A stretch of 64,000 nucleotides of DNA, from assembly GCA_963714385.1 (NCBI GenBank), contig CAVQOJ010000001.1:299399-363398 (forward strand), read 5' to 3'. This DNA is from an uncultured Holophagae bacterium (lineage in GTDB: Bacteria > Acidobacteriota > Thermoanaerobaculia > Thermoanaerobaculales > Sulfomarinibacteraceae). The notes under the pieces are model-generated. The model worked only from the letters and a program-made list of their open reading frames with translations, was not told the DNA's origin and ran no database searches. Shown here piece after piece: positions 1-9,011 of the stretch. Position 1 is the stretch's first letter. Every line of letters starts with the position of its first letter. A program made the translations under genes and the position numbers.

Positions 1-1
1 G

Positions 2-169
2 CTGTCACTGGCCGAGGGCCACCCGGAGAGGGCCGAGGGCGAGCTGGAACGCGCCCGGGAGCTAGGAGCCGACGATGCCTCGCTGTGGCGCCGTATCGCC
101 GACGCCTACCGCACCCTCGGCCGCGAGACCGATGCTGCCCGGGCGGCGGCCCGATCCACGGGGCGGTAG
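2..169 (+). CDS. C-terminal fragment of a TPR-like protein (5' end lies outside the window)
   Basis: Frame 2 reads ...LSLAEGHPERAEGELERARELGADDASLWRRIADAYRTLGRETDAARAAARSTGR* with a TAG stop at 167-169. GC3 is high and the text is TPR-like. Confidence 0.4.
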   Translation: MSLAEGHPERAEGELERARELGADDASLWRRIADAYRTLGRETDAARAAARSTGR

Positions 170-242
170 CCTGGAGGGCGAGGAAGTTTCTTTTCTTCGC
201 CTCGCGCGGCTGTTTTTCCGAGCTGAGTTGCCTTTGGTCGCG

Positions 243-812
243 TTATTGACTCGTCAGCGCACGTGCGAGCGAGTCCGGTGTGTTGCAGTTGGCGGTGACG
301 CCCGGATCGTCCACAGGCAGGGTGACGGCGTTCAGCGAACGGAGGATGTCGCGCAGGGTGGCTCCGACGAGCTGTTCCCGAGCGATCGACTCGGCCGGCT
401 CTCGGGCGAGCACGATCGGGTGGCCGTGCTTGCCGCAATAGCTCGGGATCACCGCCGGCCCCACCGCCGCGACCAGCTCGCCCACGGTTCCAGCGCTCAC
501 CAAGGGGTGGTCCACCGGAAGCACCACCACCACCGACCACGACCTCTCCGAGATCAGATGGCGCAACCCCCAGCGAAGAGAAGCCAGCATGTCGAGGCCG
601 GTGGCGGGAAGGGGAAGCACGCGGAGTCCGGCGACGCCGTCGCCGGTCTGTCCAGGCGGCAGCGTCGCCGTCACCGGCCTTGCGCCGGCGCCGTCCAACG
701 CGTCCCGGCACGCCTCGAGAAAGGTCCTTTGATCGGGCAGCCGGGCAAACGCCTTCGGCCCGCCGAACCTCCGCCCTTCCCCGCCGGCCAGGATGAGTCC
801 CGCGAATTTCAC
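243..812 (-). CDS. MobA/MocA-like molybdenum cofactor nucleotidyltransferase (NTP_transferase fold)
   Basis: 189 aa. N-terminus is LILAGGEGRRFGGPKAF, which matches the (L)AGG..R.G..K signature of MobA/MocA. It sits divergent to a molybdo-enzyme operon. Confidence 0.7.
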   Translation of the reverse strand: MKFAGLILAGGEGRRFGGPKAFARLPDQRTFLEACRDALDGAGARPVTATLPPGQTGDGVAGLRVLPLPATGLDMLASLRWGLRHLISERSWSVVVVLPVDHPLVSAGTVGELVAAVGPAVIPSYCGKHGHPIVLAREPAESIAREQLVGATLRDILRSLNAVTLPVDDPGVTANCNTPDSLARALTSQ

Positions 813-980
813 ACCGCCAATCTACCCCGTCGGCACTCCGGGCACCAGGCAGGAGACGGCGGGGAGTATTGCGGTGCGGCCGTTTGGGCAGCGTTGAAAG
901 TTGAAAGTTGCTCGCGCCCTTGGGGGCTTGGGGCTATGGGGCCATGAGGCATGGCTGATGCGATCTTAGGACGCGACCTT

Positions 981-1015
981 CGACTTTTGACTTTCGACTT
1001 TTGACTTTTGACTCG
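981..1015. repeat. Heptanucleotide tandem repeat (CGACTTT/TGACTTT, about 5 units) in the divergent promoter region
   Basis: Sequence is cgactttTgactttCgactttTgactttTgactcg. It is flanked by GGCTATGAGG-type short repeats at about 933-955 and 1021-1045. Confidence 0.8.
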
Positions 1016-1190
1016 AGCCATGGGGCTATGAGGCTACGCGGCCTGAACCTCGTTCCTTGAACCCTGGAATCGATTATTCGTATTTCGATGAATGGAATCT
1101 CCAGGCGATGATAAAATCCTGCCGTGCAAGCACTTAAAAAGACATAGTCTCAGTATTCAGGCCGCGAGGAGCGGCCTTCGGGGAGGCGAT

Positions 1191-1811
1191 ATGAGCACCA
1201 GGAAGAAGGACCCGGACAAGGCCCAAGGAGTGACCCGGCGCGGGTTCATCGGAACCGTGGGAGCCGGCGCGGTCGCAGCCGCCGCCGGTGTCTCGCGTCG
1301 AGCCGAGTCGATTCCCGAGATCACCGCCCCCGACGAGATGCTGCAGGTCGCACTGTCTATCAACGGTCGTGCGCACCGGCTGCTGATCGAGCCGCGCTGG
1401 ACCTTGCTCTTCGTCCTCAGGGAGCGGCTCGGCATCACCGGAACCAAGGCCGGGTGTGAGCGCGGGGAGTGCGGCAGCTGCACGGTGCTGATCGACGGGA
1501 GACCGCGCTATGCCTGCCTGACCCTGGCGGTCGAGGCCCAGGGCGCCGAGATCACCACCGTCGAGGGACTCCTCGACGGCGAGGAGCTCGGAGCCGTGCA
1601 GCGGGCCTTCCTCGAGGAGGACGCGCTCCAGTGCGGATACTGCACTCCCGGCCAGATCGTGGCCGCCGAAGGTCTGCTTCAGGGGAATCCCGCGCCGAGC
1701 CTCGAGGAAATCCGGCTCGGTATGAGCGGCAACCTCTGTCGGTGCGGCACCTACGCCCACATCGTGAACGCCGTGAACCGCGCCGCCCAGCTCAAGAAGG
1801 GAGACGGATGA
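1191..1811 (+). CDS. (2Fe-2S)-binding small subunit of a xanthine dehydrogenase-family aldehyde oxidoreductase, with a Tat signal (PaoA/CoxS-like)
   Basis: Starts MSTRKKDP with GGGGAGG 6 nt upstream. TRRGFIG is a twin-arginine motif. Cys clusters CERGECGSCT and CGYCTPG...CRCGTY are the two 2Fe-2S motifs. The stop overlaps the next start (ATGA). Confidence 0.85.
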   Translation: MSTRKKDPDKAQGVTRRGFIGTVGAGAVAAAAGVSRRAESIPEITAPDEMLQVALSINGRAHRLLIEPRWTLLFVLRERLGITGTKAGCERGECGSCTVLIDGRPRYACLTLAVEAQGAEITTVEGLLDGEELGAVQRAFLEEDALQCGYCTPGQIVAAEGLLQGNPAPSLEEIRLGMSGNLCRCGTYAHIVNAVNRAAQLKKGDG

Positions 1812-4111
1812 TGCTCAAGGATCCCCCCTACTGGATGGACGGTGCGGTGCCGGAAACGCCTCAGGCCGACGAGTACCCGGAGCCCTGGCGGGACACCACC
1901 GTGATCGGCACCCGAGCGACCCGCATCGACGCCTACGAACGGGTCAGTGGCAGCGCTGTCTACCCCCATGACGTCGCGCTGCCGGACATGCTCCACGGCG
2001 CGATCCTGCGCTGCCCCCACGCCCACGCCCGGGTGCTCAGCGTCGATACCACACGGGCACGCAGAATGCCCGGAGTGCGGGCGGTGATCACCGCCGACAC
2101 CCCCGGCGCCGACCTCCCCTGGTACGAGCGCCGCGGCGAATTCTACGGACGGCTCTTCGATCCCCATTGCCGCCACGAGGGCGAAGAGATCGCAGCGGTG
2201 GCCGCAGAGACCCCGCTCCAGGCCGCGGACGCTCTGGGTGAAATCGAGGTCGAGTACGAGGTTTTGCCCTTCGTCATCGACGACGAGGCCGCACTCGATC
2301 CGGCCGCCCCGCAGGTCAACGACGGCGGCAACATCGTGGGGACGCCGTCGGTGCGGGAACGGGGCGATCTCGACGCCGGGTTTGCCGCGGCCGACGTCAT
2401 CGTGGAGCGATCCTATCGCACGCCCTGCGAGATCCACGCGCCCATGGAACCGCACGGATCGGTGGCAAAGTGGGACGGGAACCGCCTCACGGTCTGGGAC
2501 TCAACCCAGGGCGTGTTCGGCGTGCAGCAGACCCTGGCTGCCGCGCTCGGCCTGCCCATGGCGAACGTCCGGGTCATCGGTCACTACATGGGCGGCGGAT
2601 TCGGCTCCAAGCTCGAGGCCGGCAAGTACACGGTGTTCGCGGCCCTGATGGCGCGAATGACCGGACGCCCCGTCAAGATCTTCCTGCCGCGCGAGGACTG
2701 CTTCTTGGCGACCGGCAATCGGCCGGCCAACACGATTGCGGTTCGGATCGGCGCCAAGCGCGACGGAACCCTCACGGCCCTCGACTACAAGAGCCTCGGG
2801 TCGGCCGGGGCCTATCCGTCCGGCGCCGGCACCAGCACGATGGCGGCGTTCCTGTATCGCTGCCCCAACGTGCGCACCGAGGATACGACGGTCCTCATCA
2901 ACGCCGGCAGGGTACGTCCGATGAGAGCTCCCGGGTTCCCTCAGGCGGCCTGGGCGCTCGAGCAGGCGGTGGACGAACTGGCCGGACAGCTCGACATCGA
3001 CCCGGTGGAGCTTCGACTGCGCAACATCCCCGAGGTCGCTCAGATCGAGGACGGTATCCCCTACACCTCCAACCACCTCGCCGCCTGCCTGCGCAACGGC
3101 GCCGAGGCCTTCGGCTGGAGCGAGGCGCGGTCGCAAGAGCGCGGCGAGGGTCACCTCCGACGTGGGGTCGGGGCCGCGGCGTGCTTCTGGGTATACCCCG
3201 GGGGTCCGCCGTCGACCGTGATCGTGAAGCTCTACTCGGACGGCAGCGTCAACCTCAACATGGGCGCCTCGGACATCGGGACCGGTACCAAGACCTGGGC
3301 TGCGATGATCGTCGCCGAAGAGCTCGGGGTTTCGGTCCAGCGAATCCAAATCGAACACGCAGACACCGCCACAACCCAGTACACCGGCCCGTCCGGAGGT
3401 AGCAAGACGGTGCCCTCGGATTCCCCCGCCGTCCGAGCCGCCGCCCACGCGGTCAAGCGGCAGCTGCTGACGATGGCCGCCGAGCAGCTCGAGACCGAGG
3501 TGAGCACCCTCGCCCTCGACGGCCAGGAGATCGTCGATCGTTCCGATCCCGAGCGGCGGCTTGCGGTGACGGCCATCGAAAAACTCCGTCGACAGGAAGT
3601 GGTGGTCGGCACCGGCTACCGCGAGCCGAACCCCGAAGGCAAGATCACCTGGCCGTTCGCTGCCCAGTTCTGCGAGGTCGAGGTCAACACCCGCACCGGC
3701 GAGGTGCGGCTGCTGAGATTCCTCGGCTGCCACGACTCGGGCCGGGTGCTCAACCGGCTCACTTACGACAACCAGGTCTTCGGGGGTATCGCGATGGGCG
3801 TCGGCTTCGGCATGACCGAGCAGCGAGTGCTCGACCGGCAGACCGGCAAGATGGCCAACGCCAACTTCCACGACTACAAGATCCCGACCATGATGGACGT
3901 CGCCCCGTCTCACACCTGCGTGCCCGTCGACGAGCCCGACGTCGAGTTCAACACCACGGGTGCCAAGGGGCTTGGAGAGCCGGCGACGATTCCGACCGCG
4001 GCCGCCATCGCCAATGCGGTGTTTCACGCCACCGGCATCAGGGTGACCGACACGCCGCTCAACCCGATGCAGCTCGCGCGGCTGGCCGCCGACCAGCGGA
4101 AGGAGGCCTGA
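1808..4111 (+). CDS. Molybdopterin-binding large subunit of a xanthine dehydrogenase-family oxidoreductase (PaoC/CoxL-like)
   Basis: 768 aa from ATG 1808, which overlaps the upstream stop by 4 nt. Conserved blocks include GGGFGSK, the mid-protein GVGFGMTEQ segment and the NP..LAR C-terminus. Confidence 0.9.
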   Translation: MMLKDPPYWMDGAVPETPQADEYPEPWRDTTVIGTRATRIDAYERVSGSAVYPHDVALPDMLHGAILRCPHAHARVLSVDTTRARRMPGVRAVITADTPGADLPWYERRGEFYGRLFDPHCRHEGEEIAAVAAETPLQAADALGEIEVEYEVLPFVIDDEAALDPAAPQVNDGGNIVGTPSVRERGDLDAGFAAADVIVERSYRTPCEIHAPMEPHGSVAKWDGNRLTVWDSTQGVFGVQQTLAAALGLPMANVRVIGHYMGGGFGSKLEAGKYTVFAALMARMTGRPVKIFLPREDCFLATGNRPANTIAVRIGAKRDGTLTALDYKSLGSAGAYPSGAGTSTMAAFLYRCPNVRTEDTTVLINAGRVRPMRAPGFPQAAWALEQAVDELAGQLDIDPVELRLRNIPEVAQIEDGIPYTSNHLAACLRNGAEAFGWSEARSQERGEGHLRRGVGAAACFWVYPGGPPSTVIVKLYSDGSVNLNMGASDIGTGTKTWAAMIVAEELGVSVQRIQIEHADTATTQYTGPSGGSKTVPSDSPAVRAAAHAVKRQLLTMAAEQLETEVSTLALDGQEIVDRSDPERRLAVTAIEKLRRQEVVVGTGYREPNPEGKITWPFAAQFCEVEVNTRTGEVRLLRFLGCHDSGRVLNRLTYDNQVFGGIAMGVGFGMTEQRVLDRQTGKMANANFHDYKIPTMMDVAPSHTCVPVDEPDVEFNTTGAKGLGEPATIPTAAAIANAVFHATGIRVTDTPLNPMQLARLAADQRKEA

Positions 4112-4112
4112 C

Positions 4113-5093
4113 ATGCTTCCGAAGTTCACCTTCGTGCAGCCCCAGTCCCTCGCCGACGCCCTCGCGATCCTGGGCGACCGTCCGGCGACCATCCACGGCG
4201 GCGGAACCGATGTTCTGGGATGCCTTCGCGACGGGGTTCTCTCGGCGGAGACCGTCATGTCGCTGACCGCCATCGAGGAGCTCCGTGGGGTCCGTTCGAC
4301 GAGCGACGGCGGGCTTCGCATCGGCGCTCTGACGACCATTGCCGAGCTGGCCGCGGCGCCCGCGGTGGCCGAACGGTACCAGGCTCTGGCCGAGGCCGCG
4401 CGATCGGTGGCCAGCCCCCAGCTCCGCAACCAGGGCACCCTGGCCGGCAATCTCTGCCAGAAACCTCGATGCTGGTACTACCGCGGCGACTTTCACTGCC
4501 TGCGCAAGGGCGGTGAGAAGTGCTTCGCCTTCGAGGGCGAGAACCAGTACCACTGCATCTTCGGCGGCGACCTGTGCTACATCGCGCACCCTTCCGACAC
4601 CGCTCCTGCGCTGGCGGCCCTCGGCGCCCTGTGCCGAGTCTCCGGTGCGGGAGGCACCCGATCGATTCCGGTGGAGGCACTCCACGTTCAACCGTCGGTC
4701 GACCCGCGACGAGAGACGGTGCTCGAGGCCGATGAGATTTTGACCGAGGTGTTGGTGCCGCCGCCGGAGCCCGGCTTGCGCTCGTCCTACCGAAAGGTCC
4801 GGACTCGCGGCGCATGGGACTTCGCCCTCGCCGGCGCGGCCCTCGCCGTCGTCATGGAAGGTGACACCGTGCGCTCGGCGCGGGTCTTCCTTTCCGGCGC
4901 GGCGCCGGTGCCGTGGCGAGCCAGGGGCATCGAGGAGGCGATCACCGGGCGTGAGCTCGACGACGCGACCATCTCGTCGGCGGCTGCGGCCGCGGTCGAG
5001 GGCGCCGAACCGCTCGCCAACAACGCGTACAAAATCCCTCTCATCAAGGGCCTGATCACCGAGGAACTGGAGAAGATCCGCACGGTGGCCTGA
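4113..5093 (+). CDS. FAD-binding medium subunit (CoxM/PaoB-like) with an extra Cys-rich segment
   Basis: Starts 1 nt after the upstream stop. The N-terminus (FVQPQSLADALAIL...GGGTDVLG) is the FAD_binding_5 signature. C-x4-C-x8-C-x6-C plus further Cys residues resemble the 4Fe-4S insert of E. coli PaoB. Confidence 0.85.
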   Translation: MLPKFTFVQPQSLADALAILGDRPATIHGGGTDVLGCLRDGVLSAETVMSLTAIEELRGVRSTSDGGLRIGALTTIAELAAAPAVAERYQALAEAARSVASPQLRNQGTLAGNLCQKPRCWYYRGDFHCLRKGGEKCFAFEGENQYHCIFGGDLCYIAHPSDTAPALAALGALCRVSGAGGTRSIPVEALHVQPSVDPRRETVLEADEILTEVLVPPPEPGLRSSYRKVRTRGAWDFALAGAALAVVMEGDTVRSARVFLSGAAPVPWRARGIEEAITGRELDDATISSAAAAAVEGAEPLANNAYKIPLIKGLITEELEKIRTVA

Positions 5094-5100
5094 TTGGGGG

Positions 5101-5205
5101 AGTTGAAAGTTGAAAGTTGAAGGTTGAAAGTTCCCGCCCTCCCGCCCGGCTATGAGGCTATGAGGCTATAGAGAATGTCAAATGTGGAATGTGAGATGTT
5201 GAAAC
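5101..5205. repeat. Cluster of short tandem repeats: (TTGAAAG)x4-5, (GGCTATGA)x3, (AATGTGA-like)x4
   Basis: Sequence is agttgaaagttgaaagttgaaggttgaaagtt ... ggctatgaggctatgaggctatag ... aatgtcaaatgtggaatgtgagatgttg. AT-rich units in a GC-rich genome. Confidence 0.85.
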
Positions 5206-5322
5206 CGGCGGCAATTTCGCCTGGAGTCAACATCTGTATTGCCCCGGACGGCCCTGTGCGGTCCTGGTAACGAGCTGGGGAATAGAACGCCGCGAGCGGT
5301 CGCACCACGTTCCCGGTTTCCA

Positions 5323-5390
5323 CATTCCGCATTCCGCATTCCGAATTCTCCTCTGCCCCTCTGCCCCTCCGCCCCTTTTCCCCTCTGCCG
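5323..5390. repeat. (ATTCCGC)x3 heptamer repeat followed by (CCTCTGCC)x5 octamer repeat
   Basis: Sequence is cacattccgcattccgcattccgaattc then cctctgcccctctgcccctccgccccttttcccctctgcc. Confidence 0.85.
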
Positions 5391-5424
5391 TCCAGACAAA
5401 CGGCCGGGCGGTCGGGGAAAATCT

Positions 5425-5467
5425 GCAATTTGCAATTTGCATTTTGCAATGTGCAATTTGCAATCTG
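5425..5467. repeat. (GCAATTT)x6 degenerate heptamer tandem repeat
   Basis: Sequence is gcaatttgcaatttgcattttgcaatgtgcaatttgcaatctg. Confidence 0.85.
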
Positions 5468-5569
5468 CCCCCTTGCCGGCCAGATGCCCAGCACAATAGC
5501 CCACCCACCGCCAACCGGCTTGGTACGCTCGCGCGGGGAATGCGCCACAGTCGGCTGCCGTTGCTCGGC

Positions 5570-6112
5570 ATGGAGGGTGTGTTCATGTGGAGGTCGATCG
5601 CGCTGGCTTGTACGATAGCCGCTGCCGCCGGTGCAGCGTCAGGAGGAGAAATGATCGCAGCTGGTTCCGCTTTTCCCGGATTCTCGTTGACTGCCCACGA
5701 CGGTTCGACCGTCTCGAGCGAGGCCCTCGCCGGCACGCCGTACCTCGTGTACTTCTACCCGAAGGCCGACACCCCGGGCTGCACCAAGGAGGCCTGCGCC
5801 TTTCGAGACAGCTGGGCCGGGGTTCAGATGGCCGGCCTCGCGGTCTTCGGCGTGTCCTACGACACCCCCACGACCAACCGTAAGTTCGCCGAGAAGTACG
5901 GCTTGCAGTTCCTTCTGCTGTCCGACACCGACAAGTCGCTGGCCGACTCCGTCGGGGCCAAGACCACCCTGATTCCGGTGCCAAAGCGGATCTCCTACCT
6001 GGTCGGCGCCGACGGCACGGTGCTTAAGGCCTACCCGAAGGTCGATCCCACCAACCATGCCGCCGAGGTCCTCGACGACCTGCGGGGGTTTGAGGCGAGC
6101 GAACAGCAATAG
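5570..6112 (+). CDS. Peroxiredoxin of the AhpC/TSA family (Bcp/PrxQ-like), probably with a signal peptide
   Basis: FYPKADTPGCTKEACAFRD contains the peroxidatic Cys motif (T-P-G-C). Start is ATG 5570 or 5585. The hydrophobic N-terminus is MWRSIALACTIAAAAG. Confidence 0.8.
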   Translation: MEGVFMWRSIALACTIAAAAGAASGGEMIAAGSAFPGFSLTAHDGSTVSSEALAGTPYLVYFYPKADTPGCTKEACAFRDSWAGVQMAGLAVFGVSYDTPTTNRKFAEKYGLQFLLLSDTDKSLADSVGAKTTLIPVPKRISYLVGADGTVLKAYPKVDPTNHAAEVLDDLRGFEASEQQ

Positions 6113-6162
6113 CCAGTATTGGTTTAAAGGTCTCAAGGTAAAACGCTACTGCTGTTGACTGC

Positions 6163-8799
6163 CTACGAAATTTTCTCCACTCCGAACAGGGCGAGAAAGC
6201 GCGGCTCGTCGCGCAACCCGTCGAAAGCCGTCATGACGAGCGGATGATAGGGATCCCAGACATACCCTTCGTAGGTGGCTTGGAGCTCATCCAGGGCTTT
6301 GTCCTCGTCGCCGACCAACGTCAGCGCCGCGGCCAGTGATATCCGGTCGCGCGCGGATTCAACTCCATGTGTCTCGGCGCGCCCGATCCACCGTCGAGCC
6401 TCGTCCACTCGGCCGACCGCCGCGGCCAACCTCGCGAGGACGAGGAGATCTCCCGTCTTCAATGATGCCGCCCCTGCCCCCGAGCGCATACGCTTGGACT
6501 CCTCCAGCACGAGGATTTCGGCCTCGCCGGCATTACCGATGGCAACCAGGGCCATGGCGAGGTCGGCGGCGGCAGTGGCCCTGTCGCTCGGAATCTCGCC
6601 GGCTTCGGCCAACGTGTGAACCCGGCGCAAGATCGGTGCAGCTTCATCCACAGCCCCCAGGGCAAACAAAACGAGGCCCAGGTTCGGCAGGGCGTAGTCG
6701 TGATCAGGCTCGAGCGCCAGGGCCTTTCGCAGCGCCGGAACGGCTTCGGTTAATCGGCCCTGGGCTGCGAGACTCCAACCGAGGCCCGCATTGAAACCGG
6801 GCACGTCGGGCCCTAAAACCAGCGACCTTCGCGCCACCGCCTCGGAGGCTCTCGCTCTGCGCTGGTGAAGAACGTGCAAGAACCACAGGTTTTGCAGCGC
6901 CACGCCGGACCTGGAGTCCAGCTCGGTCGCCCTCTCGAACATTGCCGTCGCCTCATCGTATCGGCCCTGGAACATCAGGATCCGACCGCGGTTGTTGAAG
7001 GCCGGCATGTTATTCGGGTAGAGCTCGCAGATCAGCTCGTACTCCTCCAATGCTCCTTCCAGGTCCTCATCTACGAACTGGCGGTTGACGGCGCGGATCA
7101 TCAGGTACTCCAGCTGCGGCAGCACTTCGCCATCAACCAGCGCCTCCCTCAACCACTGTTTGCCGGTCTCCTTGTCGTCAAGGAACTGGATCAACAAAAG
7201 ACCCAGAGTCCCCTTCGCCGTGGCAAACCTGGGATCGGCCTGGATCGCCATTTCCAACAGCGGCGCAGCTCCTTCGAAATCTCCCGCGTCCCAATTCTGA
7301 TTGGCAAGCGAAAGGTACTTCAGAGCGTCCCACGACGACGTGCTTGCCCGCGCCACCGGCAAATCCGTGTTCTTGATCGACCCCAGCGACTCGCCGAGTC
7401 GCCGTCGCACCTTCCGGGTCAGCTTGTCGATGGCCTTCAGCAGCACGTCTTCCCGACCGCGAGCGGTCACCCGAACCTGATCCACGTGGTGGCCGGTGGC
7501 CGGGTCCACCAACACGGCTTGGAGCTCGTAGGCTTCTCCGGCGGAGAGGATTCTGGGCAGCAGCATTGCCCGGACCTTGCCGAACCTGCAGATGTCCCGA
7601 CCCAATTCCTCGTCGATGGGCGACAGCGGATCCCGGCGCATGAATCGGAGGGTCTCCCTGATCTGGCTCTGCTGCATGACCGCAGCGTAAGGAGACTGCT
7701 GGAGATCCGCCTCGAGCGCGGTCCGCAGGGCCAGGTCGAAGACCTCTTCGCCCGTTTGATTGTCTACCGACGCGATCAACAACCGGTCACGCTGCTCGAA
7801 GGCGATGCTCGGCCGATTCCACGCGATCACCACCGCCGTTGCCGCGACGGCGACGACCAGCGCCCCGGCGGCGGCCGCGAGCACGCGTTTCCGGCGCCGG
7901 GACGCGGCGACGCTCACCGGCACGAACTCCGAGGTTCTCAGCGCCTTGAGGTCCTCCGCCATTTCCAGACAGGTCGCGTATCGACCGTCGGCCTCCTTGG
8001 CGAGCGCCTTTCGGAGCACCTCTTCGACGCCGGGCGGCAACCGGTCCACGGTAGATCCCAGGGGGGGAGGTTCCTCCACCAGCACCCGCCTCAGGGTCTC
8101 CGGAACCGACTTGGATTTGAACGGTGAAATCCCCGACAGCATCTCGTAGAGCACGCACCCGGTCGCGAAAACGTCGGTCCGGGCATCGACCTCCTGGCCG
8201 GCCGCCTGCTCCGGTGACATGTACGCCGGGGTGCCCATGACCATCCCCGCGGCGGTCTGGGTCATGGTCTCGTCGTTCTCGTCCTGAGGGCCGGTGCGCA
8301 CGCTGAGCCTGGCGAGCCCGAAATCCAGGACCTTGACCCTGCCGTCCGGAGTCACCATCAGGTTCCCCGGTTTGATGTCCCGGTGGACGGCGCCCGCCCG
8401 GTGGGCCGCTGCCAGCGCCTCGGCGAGCTGGATTCCGAGGTCGATCACCTCGTCCGGCGGCATGGCGCCGCGGGCAATCCGGGTCTTCAGGGTCTCCCCC
8501 TCGATCAGCTCTGAGGCCAGGTACAGCCAGCCCTCGTCGGTCTCGCCGGCCTCGTAGATGGTGGCGATGCCCGGGTGGTTGATGGCGGCCGCCGCCTGGC
8601 ACTCCCGAATGAAGCGCGACCGCGACCGCGGGTCCTCCGACAGCTTGGGCTGGATCAGCTTGAGGGCCACGTCCCTCTTGAGCAGCGTGTCGCGCGCCCG
8701 ATAGACCACTCCCATGGCCCCGGCGCCGAGCCGGTCGATGATGGTGAAACGCGACACCTGGCCCGCGCCCATCTCGCCGTTCGCAACAGTGCGATCCAT
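6163..8799 (-). CDS. Ser/Thr protein kinase with a transmembrane segment and a C-terminal TPR repeat domain
   Basis: N-terminus LGAGAMGVVYRARD...VALKLI, then HRDIKPGNLMV, DFGLAR and MSPEQ kinase subdomains. A hydrophobic segment VLAAAAGALVVAVAATAVVIAW follows, then many TPR-like repeats. Confidence 0.85.
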   Translation of the reverse strand: MDRTVANGEMGAGQVSRFTIIDRLGAGAMGVVYRARDTLLKRDVALKLIQPKLSEDPRSRSRFIRECQAAAAINHPGIATIYEAGETDEGWLYLASELIEGETLKTRIARGAMPPDEVIDLGIQLAEALAAAHRAGAVHRDIKPGNLMVTPDGRVKVLDFGLARLSVRTGPQDENDETMTQTAAGMVMGTPAYMSPEQAAGQEVDARTDVFATGCVLYEMLSGISPFKSKSVPETLRRVLVEEPPPLGSTVDRLPPGVEEVLRKALAKEADGRYATCLEMAEDLKALRTSEFVPVSVAASRRRKRVLAAAAGALVVAVAATAVVIAWNRPSIAFEQRDRLLIASVDNQTGEEVFDLALRTALEADLQQSPYAAVMQQSQIRETLRFMRRDPLSPIDEELGRDICRFGKVRAMLLPRILSAGEAYELQAVLVDPATGHHVDQVRVTARGREDVLLKAIDKLTRKVRRRLGESLGSIKNTDLPVARASTSSWDALKYLSLANQNWDAGDFEGAAPLLEMAIQADPRFATAKGTLGLLLIQFLDDKETGKQWLREALVDGEVLPQLEYLMIRAVNRQFVDEDLEGALEEYELICELYPNNMPAFNNRGRILMFQGRYDEATAMFERATELDSRSGVALQNLWFLHVLHQRRARASEAVARRSLVLGPDVPGFNAGLGWSLAAQGRLTEAVPALRKALALEPDHDYALPNLGLVLFALGAVDEAAPILRRVHTLAEAGEIPSDRATAAADLAMALVAIGNAGEAEILVLEESKRMRSGAGAASLKTGDLLVLARLAAAVGRVDEARRWIGRAETHGVESARDRISLAAALTLVGDEDKALDELQATYEGYVWDPYHPLVMTAFDGLRDEPRFLALFGVEKIS

Positions 8800-9011
8800 C
8801 CCAGTTTGGAGTCTAGCATCGACGAATTGGTCGAGATTCCGCGGGTTTCAGGCGTGGTTCGCAGGTGAATTACAAATTGAAAATTCCTTACCCTCCCTTC
8901 GCTTCTGCTCGAACGAGACGATGGCCCGGTTCCGTGGCATAATCGCCGCGAAATCGCCTGCCCCGCCCGGCGGGGTCCCGAACGCCGACCCTGCGAGAAC
9001 AGGATTGAAAC

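Noticed and set aside
176-224. Possible bidirectional terminator between the TPR-fragment gene and the MobA-like gene
   Set aside because: The hairpin (GGCGAGGAAG...CTTCGCCTCGC) is imperfect and the T-tract is short. Too weak to call.
75-947. 290-aa + strand ORF overlapping the MobA-like gene
   Set aside because: Arg/Pro/Gly-rich low-complexity translation, antisense to a gene with a clear motif. Typical GC-rich antisense artefact.
2501-4450. 649-aa minus-strand ORF
   Set aside because: Antisense to the molybdopterin large-subunit gene.
5101-5470. Possible CRISPR array suggested by the dense short repeats
   Set aside because: Units are only 7-8 nt and directly tandem, with no spacers of 25-40 nt. 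They are simple-sequence repeats, not CRISPR.
6865-8127. 420-aa + strand ORF
   Set aside because: Antisense to the Ser/Thr kinase-TPR gene.
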